From: a phage
Assembly (NCBI GenBank): GCA_026066175.1
Contig: GCA_026066175.1_4721.1
DNA: 64,000 nucleotides
Strand: one strand, 5' to 3'
The position numbers and the translations under genes are program-made. The notes below the pieces were generated by a model, which was not told where the DNA came from, searched no databases, and worked only from the letters and a program-made list of their open reading frames with translations. Of this stretch, positions 1 to 10,066 are shown piece by piece. Every line of letters begins with the position of its first letter. Position 1 is the first letter of the stretch.

Positions 1-31
1 TCGCTTCGTCGAGGTAGGGGAGGATAACACT

Positions 32-1786
32 TTATGCCGCTACATACCCAGGCCAACGTTCTCTTGGCCAGTTTGTTGCGCCCTGTCCAACGTTGTCCTT
101 ACCAGAAGTTACATTACTTACGTCCCAACCACTAAGATCCTGGTTAAATGCGGTGTTGTTGCGCATCATGAGGTCGATCCTACGTAACGATTGGGTATTC
201 CAGCCGGAAATGTCTTGGTTGAATGCCGCGTTGTAAGCAAACATGTTAACAACGTCTTGTAATTTTGAAGTGTTCCAGCCGCTTATATCGCTATTGAACT
301 GCATGTTCGAGAACATACTGCTAGCGTTGACAAGACTACCTGTTTTCCAGTTAACCAGCTTGTCCCCATCAAGTGCAACGCAGCTACTGAACATGTAACT
401 CATGTCGTTAACTTTGGATACATCCCATTTATCTAACCCGTTACCAACGAACTCGTAACAAGCTTGGAACATCCAGCTCATATCGGTAACCTGGCTCACA
501 TTCCATTTGCTAAAGTCGAGGTTGAGTTTTGCGCATCCGGAGAAGGTTTTATACATACTGGTGATACGACTAACATCCCATTCTTGAATGTTAGGATCAT
601 TAAGTATAGATAAGAATTTGAACAATTCGTCTAACGACGTCCATTTCTCTGGGATACGGTTTGGTACGGTACGGAGTGATGAAAGGTTACTGATTGACGG
701 AGAGCGGAACATACCGTTATCCCAATTTACGATTTCTGTAATGTTGGACCCACGGATCGTTTGGCGTCCGTTACCATTATACACAGACCCTGTTGCAGTT
801 ATTGTATATTCGTTTGTATCAGCATACGTATATTCAGCCTGTGTAGGCCACTCACCTATTACATCCCTATTCCCGTCGCCCCAATCAATGGAAATATCTA
901 TCCAGCCATCAAGATCTAGGGTAACGGTCCCGCCATTGGTCTTCAGGACGTATTTACCTGCATTGTCGGTATAATAACAAACAATCATCGCACCGTACAG
1001 GTTACCAATTTGCCAATCATCCTTTTGAGTTACCGCGATATGTGCTGTGCCACGTTGTAGGAAAAGAACCGTACGGTTCTCGTCAGTCTGTAATGTGGTT
1101 AATGCTTGAGCCTTATCATCGTCGGTAATTTCACCAGCTTCCACTAAAGCACTTAACATTCTTTCGAAGTAATCGATGGGTAATTGGCGTCCTACAGACA
1201 TATCAACTGATGGAACAGCGAGATCATCCAATGCGGCGGCAGTTGCAAGCACTAATGATCCATTGGTGGTGTCTGTTTCTTGGAGGTAATGCAGTCCCGT
1301 AATCTGGTACGCTTGAATGATTGTAATCAGATCCAGCGTATCGTTAATGACCTGTACTTGTAAATGTCCAGACCAAACATAGCTGCTTTCAGCAATCGGT
1401 AATTCGACCGACTGAATACCCGATGTTTCAAAACTGATCTTCTTATTAAGATCGGCTTCCAGGAAATCAACCGCGAGGTCGAAATTTATACCGTACTTTT
1501 CAGCGATGGAATCTATGATGTTCCTGAAAGCAACATCGGTACTTACGATGAATCGTAAAGGGATTCCTGTGAACGCATTAGCAATATCTCGACGAACATA
1601 CGTAAGTGATTGTTCGAAGAAATAGGGACTGTTATCTCCAGGTTTGATGGTTACCTGACACATTTCAGGATGTTCAACTGGGATGAACGATTCAAATTTA
1701 ACATCGGATTCCTTCAACGAAAGCATGTTCTTCCGGTTTACCAGCGCCAGAAGATCGGCTTTCCATCCAGGATAAACAGTAGACAT
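32..1786 (-). CDS. Fibre / receptor-binding-like protein with C-terminal DUF285-type repeats
   Basis: C-terminal tandem repeats of the form FNQDISGWNTS / WDVSKVNDMSYMF typical of DUF285 repeats; N-terminal ~150 aa paralogous to the N-termini of 45949-47403 and 5434-6300; start moved to MSTVYPGW (GGAGTG 5 nt upstream). Confidence 0.55.
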   Translation of the reverse strand: MSTVYPGWKADLLALVNRKNMLSLKESDVKFESFIPVEHPEMCQVTIKPGDNSPYFFEQSLTYVRRDIANAFTGIPLRFIVSTDVAFRNIIDSIAEKYGINFDLAVDFLEADLNKKISFETSGIQSVELPIAESSYVWSGHLQVQVINDTLDLITIIQAYQITGLHYLQETDTTNGSLVLATAAALDDLAVPSVDMSVGRQLPIDYFERMLSALVEAGEITDDDKAQALTTLQTDENRTVLFLQRGTAHIAVTQKDDWQIGNLYGAMIVCYYTDNAGKYVLKTNGGTVTLDLDGWIDISIDWGDGNRDVIGEWPTQAEYTYADTNEYTITATGSVYNGNGRQTIRGSNITEIVNWDNGMFRSPSISNLSSLRTVPNRIPEKWTSLDELFKFLSILNDPNIQEWDVSRITSMYKTFSGCAKLNLDFSKWNVSQVTDMSWMFQACYEFVGNGLDKWDVSKVNDMSYMFSSCVALDGDKLVNWKTGSLVNASSMFSNMQFNSDISGWNTSKLQDVVNMFAYNAAFNQDISGWNTQSLRRIDLMMRNNTAFNQDLSGWDVSNVTSGKDNVGQGATNWPRERWPGYVAA

Positions 1787-1824
1787 AAGCACTCCAATCA
1801 TGGGGCGGTAACCGCCCCCATCAG

Positions 1825-4800
1825 TTAAATTGTCGGTTTCACGTCGCGTAATAGGGCAATATAATAGCCTAATCCTCGGAGGATCTCCCCACTCCAGAAA
1901 CCAAAATACATTCCGTCTCTGCCGAGATTAGCACTATCTGGTGCAGGACTCCACCCACCATTCATTGCGTCATCAACGGTGTAATGATTGATGTAGTTTT
2001 CAGCGATCTCGTTATAAACGTTAACAGCAACAGGATAGCCTTTATCGTTGGGATGTCCGTACAACATCGCTAACGACGCACCCGCTAGCCATAATCCTGC
2101 CATGTGACCAGTAAAGTCATTCGGGATAAACGCAGGCGGTTTCTCCATTGGAAAATCCGTTGGTGATTGATAAGCATTTTCCTGCTGGAACGTATATAAG
2201 AAATCGATCCAATGACTGATGTAATGGGTTAACTTCTCAGGGACAGTTAATTTACGATCGATCAATCCCGCGTAAAGCCGTACCGCTGAAAAGAAAGCCC
2301 GCGGCTGATAACCAGACCATGCTGTTTGATCGCCGAAGTGGTACATCGTAAAATCATTGACCTTTGATCCGCTTGGCGCATCCCAACGATCCCACACGTA
2401 CGCACTCGCACCCGGCCCTAAAACACCGAACTTCTGATAGTACCATTGCTGTGAGTCATACCAGAAATCCACAACATTCTGAATCATGAGGTCACGACGT
2501 TCAGCCGAAACGTCCATATCCAGGAAGACCCACGGATGCTGGTAACCCGGATAAGGCTGACCGCGCCAGCTGTCGAAAGTCGGTGCGTTAGGGATATAGT
2601 TGTTAGAAAACGGAATAATACCTGGGGTATAAGGTAGTGGATCAAGACGTTGGTTAACGATCGTGCAGTCACCAACACGTAATGTTCCCTCCGCTTCAAA
2701 GGTTGCTTTTAATGTAAACAACATGGTATATCCGTCATCCGTGGCGTAAGTTGATGGCGGATTGTTGATAGCGTAGAGCTTAAATACCCCTTCAGCGATA
2801 TCGCTATCATCTGGCAAGAACAGAATTTCAGTTGAGCCATCACCCCACACAGGTGCAGAAGGTTTAGGGTCAGTATCAGCATGGTTCGGTTGATACCCTG
2901 AGAGCGTCCATCCAGTAGCCGAAAGCGTCAATGTATTTCTTGCTGTGGTGGCCGGTAGCATCTGCCACCATCGCCAACCATTTGCATCTTCTACACGAAC
3001 GTTGTAGTCAATCGACGCGAAATAACTGACCTGCCTTACGATCTGTTTTGCCGTTGGATTGAATTCAAATTGCCCGCCTGCCGCAGTAAGCTGCGCTTTT
3101 AAGAACAGTCCGTCACAGGAATCTTCAACAGCGTCGCTGAACTCCGTGGTGATTGCCACGTCATCCTTCCAACCGACTTTATCCGCCGATATCAATACAG
3201 AACCTGTAACAGCATCACCGGTTGGCGTTGAAGCTTCATCAACCGCATCAGCAGGAATCAACGCGCCTATTTTGAAATCCCATTCTTTCGGTTCAACGCT
3301 GGAAGGTAATACCAGCTTGTACGTTTTGGCTTTCGCTTCGGTTTTGTCCAAAGAAAGCGATAGTGAGATCTCAACCGGAATTGCAACGCCCGCTACATCT
3401 TTACCTCCGCAGGTTACACGAAGAATTGAATCGCGATTGACGCGGAACGGAATGGCCTGCTGTTCAAGGTAAATCTGTGCCGAAGATGCTTGAATCACGA
3501 TCCAACCGTCAACATCACGTGTGATCGTGAACGGTGCTTTCGATGGATAGGTATACGTGTAAGCGATACCGTCGGTGTCGTAACGATCGGTTCCTTTTAC
3601 CTGGCGGAAGAACTTGTCATTCGCATCAATGCGGGTATATTCCTCAATCGTAAACAAAGATGCCTTATACGCTTTCTGATAGCGCTCCTGCTGCGTTAAA
3701 CGGTATAAGGTGTAGGCTGCTTCACAAAACCACTGTTCAGCGTCTGATGCGTTTCCCATGTAGTCTCTGGTGACCGGTACCTGGATTGGTCGGTTATGCT
3801 GACACTCATTCGTTTTAATGAGATATCCACCATATTCAACAGGTACACGGGGTGCCCATGCAACCAAATAAGAACCGGTAACGGATTTATCTTTGAGTAC
3901 GATAGTCCCTACCTCGTCATCCGCACACGCCTCAAGATCTTCACCGTCCGCTGTTACGTAACGTTTTGTTCGCAACGCCAATTTCTCAATGGGGAATACA
4001 GTACCTTTTGTATTCCAGTCAATCGTCCCATTTTCATTCGTCTTGAACACATCCGCATTTAGATTTTGCCATCCAAGCTTACCCTCATAGACCTGAACAA
4101 CAAGATCCATGTATTCCCCGAACGTTGGTGAACCGTGAGGGATCTTACCGATTCCGTTGGTAAACACAACCGCGGTATCATGGAAACCACCATGTGTTGG
4201 GTAATCGTCTTTCGCAAGCGGGTAATGAGCCAACACCGGCTGTTTCCCATTAACAATCCAGTTTGCTATCCAACGTGTTGGGGTATCCGGTGGTTCAAGT
4301 CCTGCATAGAACGCTTTTACGTACGCGTCGAACGATGATTCCGCTAACGTAAGAAAATGGGCTTTAAGCTGGGTATCGTCGGTCGTATGACTGAAAATGC
4401 TTGCACCCAGGATCAACAACGATTGTCCTTCCGTTGTCGCGTCGCCATCCGGTTGTGCTTCCTGACGCGTTGCTGCGATAAAGTGACGGTTATTCACCAA
4501 CACACCGCTTTCATTCAAGACGTAATGATCGGTTTCAGGATCGGTAAACGTTCCTGTATTTCGCGTTAAGAAGCGAGCGTGGCCGTAACCAACGAAATTC
4601 ACCGGAGACGCTGTGATCATCCATTTACCGATAAGTTGTGCGACGTCCTTATAACGTTCCGACGCCGCGATCTGTTTTACGTACCAGTCTTGTCGATTGA
4701 ACGTCCAAAGCAGGAAGTAATACGTCTTATTGATCTCCATTACCGGAAACGTGGGCGTCAACGGTTCCAACGTTAAATAGTTACTCCAGTCAATCTGACC

Positions 4801-5421
4801 ACCAACAACCGACGGGGTGATTTCAAGCAGTTGGCACCATTCGTAACGTTTCGGTTTCGCATCGTAGGTAACTGGCAATGACTGTTTATACGTTCCGACA
4901 CGGTTCAGGTTGTACTTCTTCCTGGCCGATCCTAAATCAACGTAAATGCTAGAACTCGAACTCGCTCCGTATGTACCTAAACCACCCAACGTTGAACGGT
5001 ACAATGAAATAAACAACGTATCTTCCCAGTAGGGATTATCCTCGGTAGGTTCTAACGCAATCTGAGCGGATATCGAGTTCCATGTACCGAGTTGATACGT
5101 TGCGTCGAGAGATTCATCCGTGAAGTACGACTCTGGTAAGCTGAGTTGATACCTTTCGTTAATTAATGCTAACGCGGCACGACCCGTAATATCTTCATTA
5201 CCAGTTTCTTTCTTTACGATCGCGCCGAATGGAAACAACGTTGCAAATGAACGTTTTGGTTTATTTACGGTTACCGTTCCTGTGTAGCTTCCTGTTCCCG
5301 TGAGTTGTTGGCCATCAACTGTTGCGGTAACGTTGATAGTCGCATCTGGAACGTTCGTTTTGTTGAGCGTGTTTAGTTGCTCGATCAATTCGTGTTTATC
5401 GTCGGGTAGAAATGTTGCCAT
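1825..5421 (-). CDS. Large (1198 aa) putative virion structural protein, tail fibre/tailspike-like
   Basis: Very long ORF lying between two fibre-domain paralogs; Trp/Tyr/Gly-rich C-terminal region; no catalytic motif recognised. Confidence 0.35.
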   Translation of the reverse strand: MATFLPDDKHELIEQLNTLNKTNVPDATINVTATVDGQQLTGTGSYTGTVTVNKPKRSFATLFPFGAIVKKETGNEDITGRAALALINERYQLSLPESYFTDESLDATYQLGTWNSISAQIALEPTEDNPYWEDTLFISLYRSTLGGLGTYGASSSSSIYVDLGSARKKYNLNRVGTYKQSLPVTYDAKPKRYEWCQLLEITPSVVGGQIDWSNYLTLEPLTPTFPVMEINKTYYFLLWTFNRQDWYVKQIAASERYKDVAQLIGKWMITASPVNFVGYGHARFLTRNTGTFTDPETDHYVLNESGVLVNNRHFIAATRQEAQPDGDATTEGQSLLILGASIFSHTTDDTQLKAHFLTLAESSFDAYVKAFYAGLEPPDTPTRWIANWIVNGKQPVLAHYPLAKDDYPTHGGFHDTAVVFTNGIGKIPHGSPTFGEYMDLVVQVYEGKLGWQNLNADVFKTNENGTIDWNTKGTVFPIEKLALRTKRYVTADGEDLEACADDEVGTIVLKDKSVTGSYLVAWAPRVPVEYGGYLIKTNECQHNRPIQVPVTRDYMGNASDAEQWFCEAAYTLYRLTQQERYQKAYKASLFTIEEYTRIDANDKFFRQVKGTDRYDTDGIAYTYTYPSKAPFTITRDVDGWIVIQASSAQIYLEQQAIPFRVNRDSILRVTCGGKDVAGVAIPVEISLSLSLDKTEAKAKTYKLVLPSSVEPKEWDFKIGALIPADAVDEASTPTGDAVTGSVLISADKVGWKDDVAITTEFSDAVEDSCDGLFLKAQLTAAGGQFEFNPTAKQIVRQVSYFASIDYNVRVEDANGWRWWQMLPATTARNTLTLSATGWTLSGYQPNHADTDPKPSAPVWGDGSTEILFLPDDSDIAEGVFKLYAINNPPSTYATDDGYTMLFTLKATFEAEGTLRVGDCTIVNQRLDPLPYTPGIIPFSNNYIPNAPTFDSWRGQPYPGYQHPWVFLDMDVSAERRDLMIQNVVDFWYDSQQWYYQKFGVLGPGASAYVWDRWDAPSGSKVNDFTMYHFGDQTAWSGYQPRAFFSAVRLYAGLIDRKLTVPEKLTHYISHWIDFLYTFQQENAYQSPTDFPMEKPPAFIPNDFTGHMAGLWLAGASLAMLYGHPNDKGYPVAVNVYNEIAENYINHYTVDDAMNGGWSPAPDSANLGRDGMYFGFWSGEILRGLGYYIALLRDVKPTI

Positions 5422-5433
5422 TTATACACCCCT

Positions 5434-6300
5434 TTAATCGTAACTAAAATAAAGCTGGCTGCTAATTCCGCTATCTGGATGCGGTTTTAACACGAGTACG
5501 GATTCACCAAACGATGGTTTTACGGGTGCTGAGGGACCGCTCGTGATACCGTTATAAACGACGGTAGCGTTCGTGACAAGTTCCCACGCAAGGGTATAAT
5601 CCATAGACGACAATGCCGTTGCTAAACAGTAAGCTGCACGTCCTGTCGGTGATGTTCCAGCCGCGAGCCGACGTATCGCACCTTGTATAGGCACATCAAG
5701 TAATATCCCGTAGGTACTTAACGCGTGAATACCGGATTGCGCTTGATCTTCAGGGTAGTACGATGTTAACGGTGTTTTCACCATAAACAACTCGGTGAGG
5801 TTATTGCTCTGTGCTTTCTTCGCAACGAATTGGAAAGTCCCATACCACGATTCTGAGGCGTTGGCACGAACAGCAATTGAAACCGTCTTCTCTTGGGTTT
5901 CGAATACGATCGATTGGGTTAACGTATCCTGATCGAATATTGCTAAATCAATCACTAATCCGTATTTTTGAAACAGCTGGCTTAAACAATCCGCGACGGT
6001 GGTTGCGTTAGCGACGATAACATAAGGTTGATGATGAATGAACAGTTTACTGATATCGCGTCGTTGGAGATAAATGGAGACAGGATCGTCGGAATAATAC
6101 CGTGATTGTGGCGCGGGATTAATGGACAAGCGTATACGTCCAGAGTTACCGTACCAGTCAGGCGTTATCGTGATATCCGATAAGGTTAGCGGTTGGTGTA
6201 TATCTTGGTTTAATCGAGAGAGTACATCCTCTTGCCATGTTCGTTCTGGGTACATTTTTTGACCTCGTAACTTATAAATATAACGGAGGACTGAATTCAT
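5434..6300 (-). CDS. Protein carrying the fibre N-terminal-like domain only
   Basis: Segment ITITPDWYGNSGRIRLSINP...YLQRRDISKLF...LFQKYGLVIDLAIFD aligns with TIKPGDNSPYFFEQSLTYVRRDIANAF...IAEKYGINFDLAVDF of 32-1786. Confidence 0.45.
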   Translation of the reverse strand: MNSVLRYIYKLRGQKMYPERTWQEDVLSRLNQDIHQPLTLSDITITPDWYGNSGRIRLSINPAPQSRYYSDDPVSIYLQRRDISKLFIHHQPYVIVANATTVADCLSQLFQKYGLVIDLAIFDQDTLTQSIVFETQEKTVSIAVRANASESWYGTFQFVAKKAQSNNLTELFMVKTPLTSYYPEDQAQSGIHALSTYGILLDVPIQGAIRRLAAGTSPTGRAAYCLATALSSMDYTLAWELVTNATVVYNGITSGPSAPVKPSFGESVLVLKPHPDSGISSQLYFSYD

Positions 6301-6309
6301 ACCATGGGA

Positions 6310-6371
6310 GAGGCGAAAAAAAAACGAAAAAATAGGAAAACGGTGTTCATCCTTTTTAGGGGATGAACACC
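6310..6371 (-). terminator. Intrinsic terminator
   Basis: 11-bp stem GGTGTTCATCC / GGATGAACACC followed on the minus strand by a long U-rich tract. Confidence 0.65.
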
Positions 6372-6382
6372 GGATAACAAAA

Positions 6383-6961
6383 TTAATGAGGAATGAGAGA
6401 ACTTAATTCGCTTTCTTCGATAACGAAGGTTTCGTTTTGGTTATCGAGATTCGTCAGCAAGACTTGTCCGACCGTAAAACAATCACCGCCTTTCTTCGGT
6501 ACCCAAACCGGTTCGTTGGTTACCGAATCAGGATACCATTTAAAGCGGTTGGTGTCCAGGAAGAACGCTGCTTTGTTTTCATTATCGGTAGAACGATAAC
6601 TGATCAATGCAGGCCACTCAATCCATGTCTTGGTGCACGGCACATGCAGGGGATACCACGCACGCCAATACTTACCAGGACGTTTTGGATCCTCCCAGTA
6701 TTCTGCCGTTAGCACGGCATCTTTATACTGTTTCTGCATCAGCATCTCAAGAACAGGTTCGTTGCCGAGCGGTAAACGCACCAATTCTCTTTCGACGTAC
6801 GCGGTATCGTCAAAAACGTCTCGATGTAAGTGGGTGGATACCCCAACAGGGGGTTTCGCGATCGTTGGTTTACGTTTCTGCTCTTTACGACGTGTATACA
6901 GAAACAATCCGATCGCTACTGCCACGAGTAAAACAAACAACACTACATTAATCCAATTCAT
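6383..6961 (-). CDS. Membrane-anchored hypothetical protein
   Basis: N-terminal hydrophobic helix VVLFVLLVAVAIGLFLY followed by basic RRKEQKRK; strong intrinsic terminator immediately downstream. Confidence 0.5.
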   Translation of the reverse strand: MNWINVVLFVLLVAVAIGLFLYTRRKEQKRKPTIAKPPVGVSTHLHRDVFDDTAYVERELVRLPLGNEPVLEMLMQKQYKDAVLTAEYWEDPKRPGKYWRAWYPLHVPCTKTWIEWPALISYRSTDNENKAAFFLDTNRFKWYPDSVTNEPVWVPKKGGDCFTVGQVLLTNLDNQNETFVIEESELSSLIPH

Positions 6962-7653
6962 TCGTCAACGTCTCCTTCTGCAAACAGGGTCAATTTGATT
7001 TCTGGATCATAGAACATGGTGATCACACCATCTTGTTCTGCTGAACGCTGCGCTGTCCATATTAACTGTTCATCCCGAATATCAAATTTATACCGTTCGT
7101 CGGTAACCACCGCTTCTGCATCGACGTAATGATAAATGGCACCTTCAGGATTCTCAATCCAGCCACGTACCATCAAACGGTCTTTCTGCTTACGTGTGAA
7201 GAATCGATACGGATCTTCACATGTTTGCCAAACATCACCGCTTTCGCTTACCAGTTCGTCATACACCTTCGAAAGCTCGTCAGGCACTGGAATCAGAATG
7301 TTATCCTGATAACTTGACCAGAAGCGACGTACGTCTTGTAATAGATCATCGCCCTGAAGTTCGATGGTTTCAGTATCATTGCCCTTTACAATTTCAATGC
7401 GGTCATGATAAACCCGAACCCAACCGTCATGCCAGTTATTACCATCAATCCGAAAAAGCAACGTATGAAAAACAACAACGTCGATATCGTCGAATGAGTC
7501 AAGTAACGCTTTAGCTGCTAACAACGGCGAATAATTCTTCGATTGCGTTGCTTTATGGATCTCTTCTTTGATGTACAGCTTTCCATGGATTGGGTGTTCT
7601 ATAACAAAACCACAGGAAAGCATGATGCTTCCTTGATAACGTGCTTCTTGCAT
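6958..7653 (-). CDS. Hypothetical protein
   Basis: 231-aa ORF in the minus-strand gene array; stop overlaps the start of the next gene. Confidence 0.45.
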   Translation of the reverse strand: MQEARYQGSIMLSCGFVIEHPIHGKLYIKEEIHKATQSKNYSPLLAAKALLDSFDDIDVVVFHTLLFRIDGNNWHDGWVRVYHDRIEIVKGNDTETIELQGDDLLQDVRRFWSSYQDNILIPVPDELSKVYDELVSESGDVWQTCEDPYRFFTRKQKDRLMVRGWIENPEGAIYHYVDAEAVVTDERYKFDIRDEQLIWTAQRSAEQDGVITMFYDPEIKLTLFAEGDVDE

Positions 7654-7738
7654 TTCTATTCCTCAAAATAATGATTGTCTTTTTACGTGACACGATTACA
7701 GTTTTATCAGTTCACAGGTTACTGATTTTCGGTAAGAA

Positions 7739-8269
7739 TTAATTTTGGCCTATCACCTTTTCTACCGCTTCAAGAATAGCGTCGTTTAGTCGTTGCCCAC
7801 GTTCCTCCATTGTTCCACCATCGCGATGTTTGTAGTTAACCGAGCAGATATCCCAAGCCCAGTAAGGCATCTCCGATGACTTGTCATCTCTGGTAGGATC
7901 GTTCAATCTGCTAGCACTAATCTGCCAGATGAAATCGGCGGGTTGTTGCCGTAAGCATTCACCTATAGCGTCTATATAAGACAACCCTTCGGTCGTCATA
8001 GCGACGATGACGTGCGGGTGTTTATTAACAACCTTCGTGATTGGTTTCCCATTAACAACCACTATACGGGTTACGTTATCGTGCCCTTCGCACGACCACA
8101 TCGGTGCGATACCAGGCGCATCCAATAATGCCTGACAGGCGGGTAAAATACGCGGTTCGACTACACCTGCTTCGATAGCAGCCCGTGCGCGCTCTTTAAA
8201 ACGCATCAGTTGTTCTTCAGTGATAACAAAAGAAAACATGGTTACTCCTTTCTGGTTCTTCCCCTCCAC
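7739..8269 (-). CDS. Hypothetical protein
   Basis: 176-aa ORF; no motif recognised. Confidence 0.45.
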   Translation of the reverse strand: MEGKNQKGVTMFSFVITEEQLMRFKERARAAIEAGVVEPRILPACQALLDAPGIAPMWSCEGHDNVTRIVVVNGKPITKVVNKHPHVIVAMTTEGLSYIDAIGECLRQQPADFIWQISASRLNDPTRDDKSSEMPYWAWDICSVNYKHRDGGTMEERGQRLNDAILEAVEKVIGQN

Positions 8270-8311
8270 AGCCTCAGGAAGAGAAGAACCATTTGTTACG
8301 TTGACGGATGA

Positions 8312-8569
8312 TCAAAATCCACTGATTGGATTGTTCAACGCTTTATCGCGGATTTTAATTGCCGCCAACATCGCTTTCTGATACGAATCGTAGGTATCGA
8401 CAGAAACCGTTAAATCGACCAATTTCTCTAACACAGATTCAGTCGCTTTTACGCGAACGCGAAACTTGGTAATGACATTATCTTTGTTACGGTAAACTGT
8501 GATGTGATGCAACGGCTGAACTTTAGTTTTATTAGTTTTAACGGATTTAGTTACTTTGATCGTTTTCAT
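8312..8569 (-). CDS. Hypothetical small protein
   Basis: Start moved to MKTIKVTK (AGGAAACCGCC upstream); the longer ORF-track start would translate through the terminator hairpin at 8624-8641. Confidence 0.4.
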   Translation of the reverse strand: MKTIKVTKSVKTNKTKVQPLHHITVYRNKDNVITKFRVRVKATESVLEKLVDLTVSVDTYDSYQKAMLAAIKIRDKALNNPISGF

Positions 8570-8623
8570 GGCGGTTTCCTTTTTAACTAGGATGATTGCA
8601 TATACAGGGTTTAACGGCATAAA

Positions 8624-8641
8624 CCCTCCCCGGAGGGAGGG
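8624..8641 (-). terminator. GC-rich stem-loop with TTTATGCC tail
   Basis: CCCTCCC / GGGAGGG stem; minus-strand tail TTTATGCCG. Confidence 0.5.
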
Positions 8642-8658
8642 CATACGAACAGTTCGAT

Positions 8659-9153
8659 TTACGTATGTCGGCGTTTGCCAAAGAAAATGTGATTATCTAC
8701 CACGGTGATGTTGGTAGCATGCTTTTTGAAATGTTTGGGGCGAAGGTGTTTCGCGTTGAAGAATACGGCTCCTTTAGTTGGATCAGCTTTTCGATAGGCG
8801 GGCATATCGTTACGTAAGACAGCAACTTTACGCGCGATTGCTCTTGCACGGTCGAAAGCGACTTTATCGGTAATGACGATCCTTTTACGTTTTGTCCAGG
8901 GGAATTGACCTCTTTGCAGAACCACATCTCTGACGTTCGTAGGGAATCGGGAATCCATCGAACGGTTATGTATTAAAAACGCCACGGAGTATTGTCCTTT
9001 CAACGATTCGCCTCTGGCCTCCATATACACGGCACAGGCGACGATCTCTTTCCGACAATCTATTCTAGGCCCTGCGTTCACCGATGCTTGACTGAACGGT
9101 GTGATAAGTAACATAACAAGCCCTAAAACCAACGTGTGTAAAATACCTTGCAT
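8659..9153 (-). CDS. Secreted cell-wall hydrolase, SleB / Hydrolase_2-like
   Basis: Signal-peptide-like N-terminus MQGILHTLVLGLVMLLITPFSQASV; motifs YMEARGES, HNR..RFPT, RGQFPW match the SleB-type hydrolase pattern; GAGGT upstream of the internal Met. Confidence 0.55.
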   Translation of the reverse strand: MQGILHTLVLGLVMLLITPFSQASVNAGPRIDCRKEIVACAVYMEARGESLKGQYSVAFLIHNRSMDSRFPTNVRDVVLQRGQFPWTKRKRIVITDKVAFDRARAIARKVAVLRNDMPAYRKADPTKGAVFFNAKHLRPKHFKKHATNITVVDNHIFFGKRRHT

Positions 9154-9398
9154 CTTAATAACCTCACGATAAGGTGCTGTCCACTGGCGTTTTCTTGTTG
9201 TCAACGCGTGCTGTTAATCAGCGGGCAGCAGGTTAGCGTCAGATGTTTGCCCGACATCCACGACAGAAATAAACGGTACTGAAAATACGGTCTCCTCTGG
9301 TTTGGCAATAAACATAACGTTGGATAACAGAACCCATTTCCCGCATCCAACGCGGTAAAGGTGTACATCGTTTGAATTCATATAGTTTCTCAAAGATG

Positions 9399-9701
9399 TT
9401 AACCTCTACCGTCGAGCCACAGGTTATATTTCTCACGGGTAGTCGGATCACGATAGATACGACGATACCTTAATTCCGGTAATAACCCGGTTCGTACCAA
9501 CTCATCCGTTATCTTCCGACGTCGTTCTACGCCATCATGAATACGACGTAACTCACGGAAGTTAAGCGGTGTTTGTTTCATCAGAATTCCCATTACAACC
9601 GGGCGATGATCGATTTCGTACAGTGACAATACTCCACGTATTTCGTCTAACACGCGTTCTCGATCGATCAATATACGGTCGTGGTATTTTAACTGTTCCA
9701 T
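9399..9701 (-). CDS. Hypothetical protein
   Basis: ORF in array; start tentatively placed at MEQLKYHD. Confidence 0.3.
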   Translation of the reverse strand: MEQLKYHDRILIDRERVLDEIRGVLSLYEIDHRPVVMGILMKQTPLNFRELRRIHDGVERRRKITDELVRTGLLPELRYRRIYRDPTTREKYNLWLDGRG

Positions 9702-10066
9702 AACGACCACTCTTGTTCTACACGTCGACATACCGGTAATAAACACCACCAACATAAGGCGCTAAACGATAACAGCGCGAGAATAGCTGTGATTCCATTC
9801 AGGTGTCCGCTGATTTGCCATGAAGTAAACATGAATAGAACATAACCTAAACCATACCCGATGAACCGTTTGATGTTATATACCGATTGTACACAGATGT
9901 ACAGCAACGGGATTTGCCCAACAATAGAAATAACGGATCGTACCACAAAGTTAATACGCGCTGACGTATCAATGAAATCCATTGTAACCGCATTAATACC
10001 AATCAACGTAAGTGTGATACCGAGAAAGATTTTTATATACGTGCTGAATTTAGTTGCTTTTTGCAT
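9689..10066 (-). CDS. Multi-pass membrane protein
   Basis: Several hydrophobic segments (IFLGITLTLIGINAV, ILALLSFSALCWWCLL). Confidence 0.4.
   Translation of the reverse strand: MQKATKFSTYIKIFLGITLTLIGINAVTMDFIDTSARINFVVRSVISIVGQIPLLYICVQSVYNIKRFIGYGLGYVLFMFTSWQISGHLNGITAILALLSFSALCWWCLLPVCRRVEQEWSLWNS

Noticed and set aside
588-4776. Plus-strand ORFs of 60-140 aa lying inside the long minus-strand fibre genes (e.g. 588-974, 3059-3472, 3796-4062)
   Set aside because: They are antisense to long, motif-bearing genes and have no ribosome-binding sites; this pattern repeats across the window (e.g. 36009-36580, 55088-56440) and is treated as non-coding throughout.
8697-8927. 76-aa minus-strand ORF inside the hydrolase gene
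   Set aside because: It is an alternative frame of a gene with clear SleB-like motifs.
9239-9451. 70-aa ORF in the gap between 9153 and 9399
   Set aside because: It overlaps the upstream gene and has no clear ribosome-binding site; a short gene may exist here but I cannot support it.
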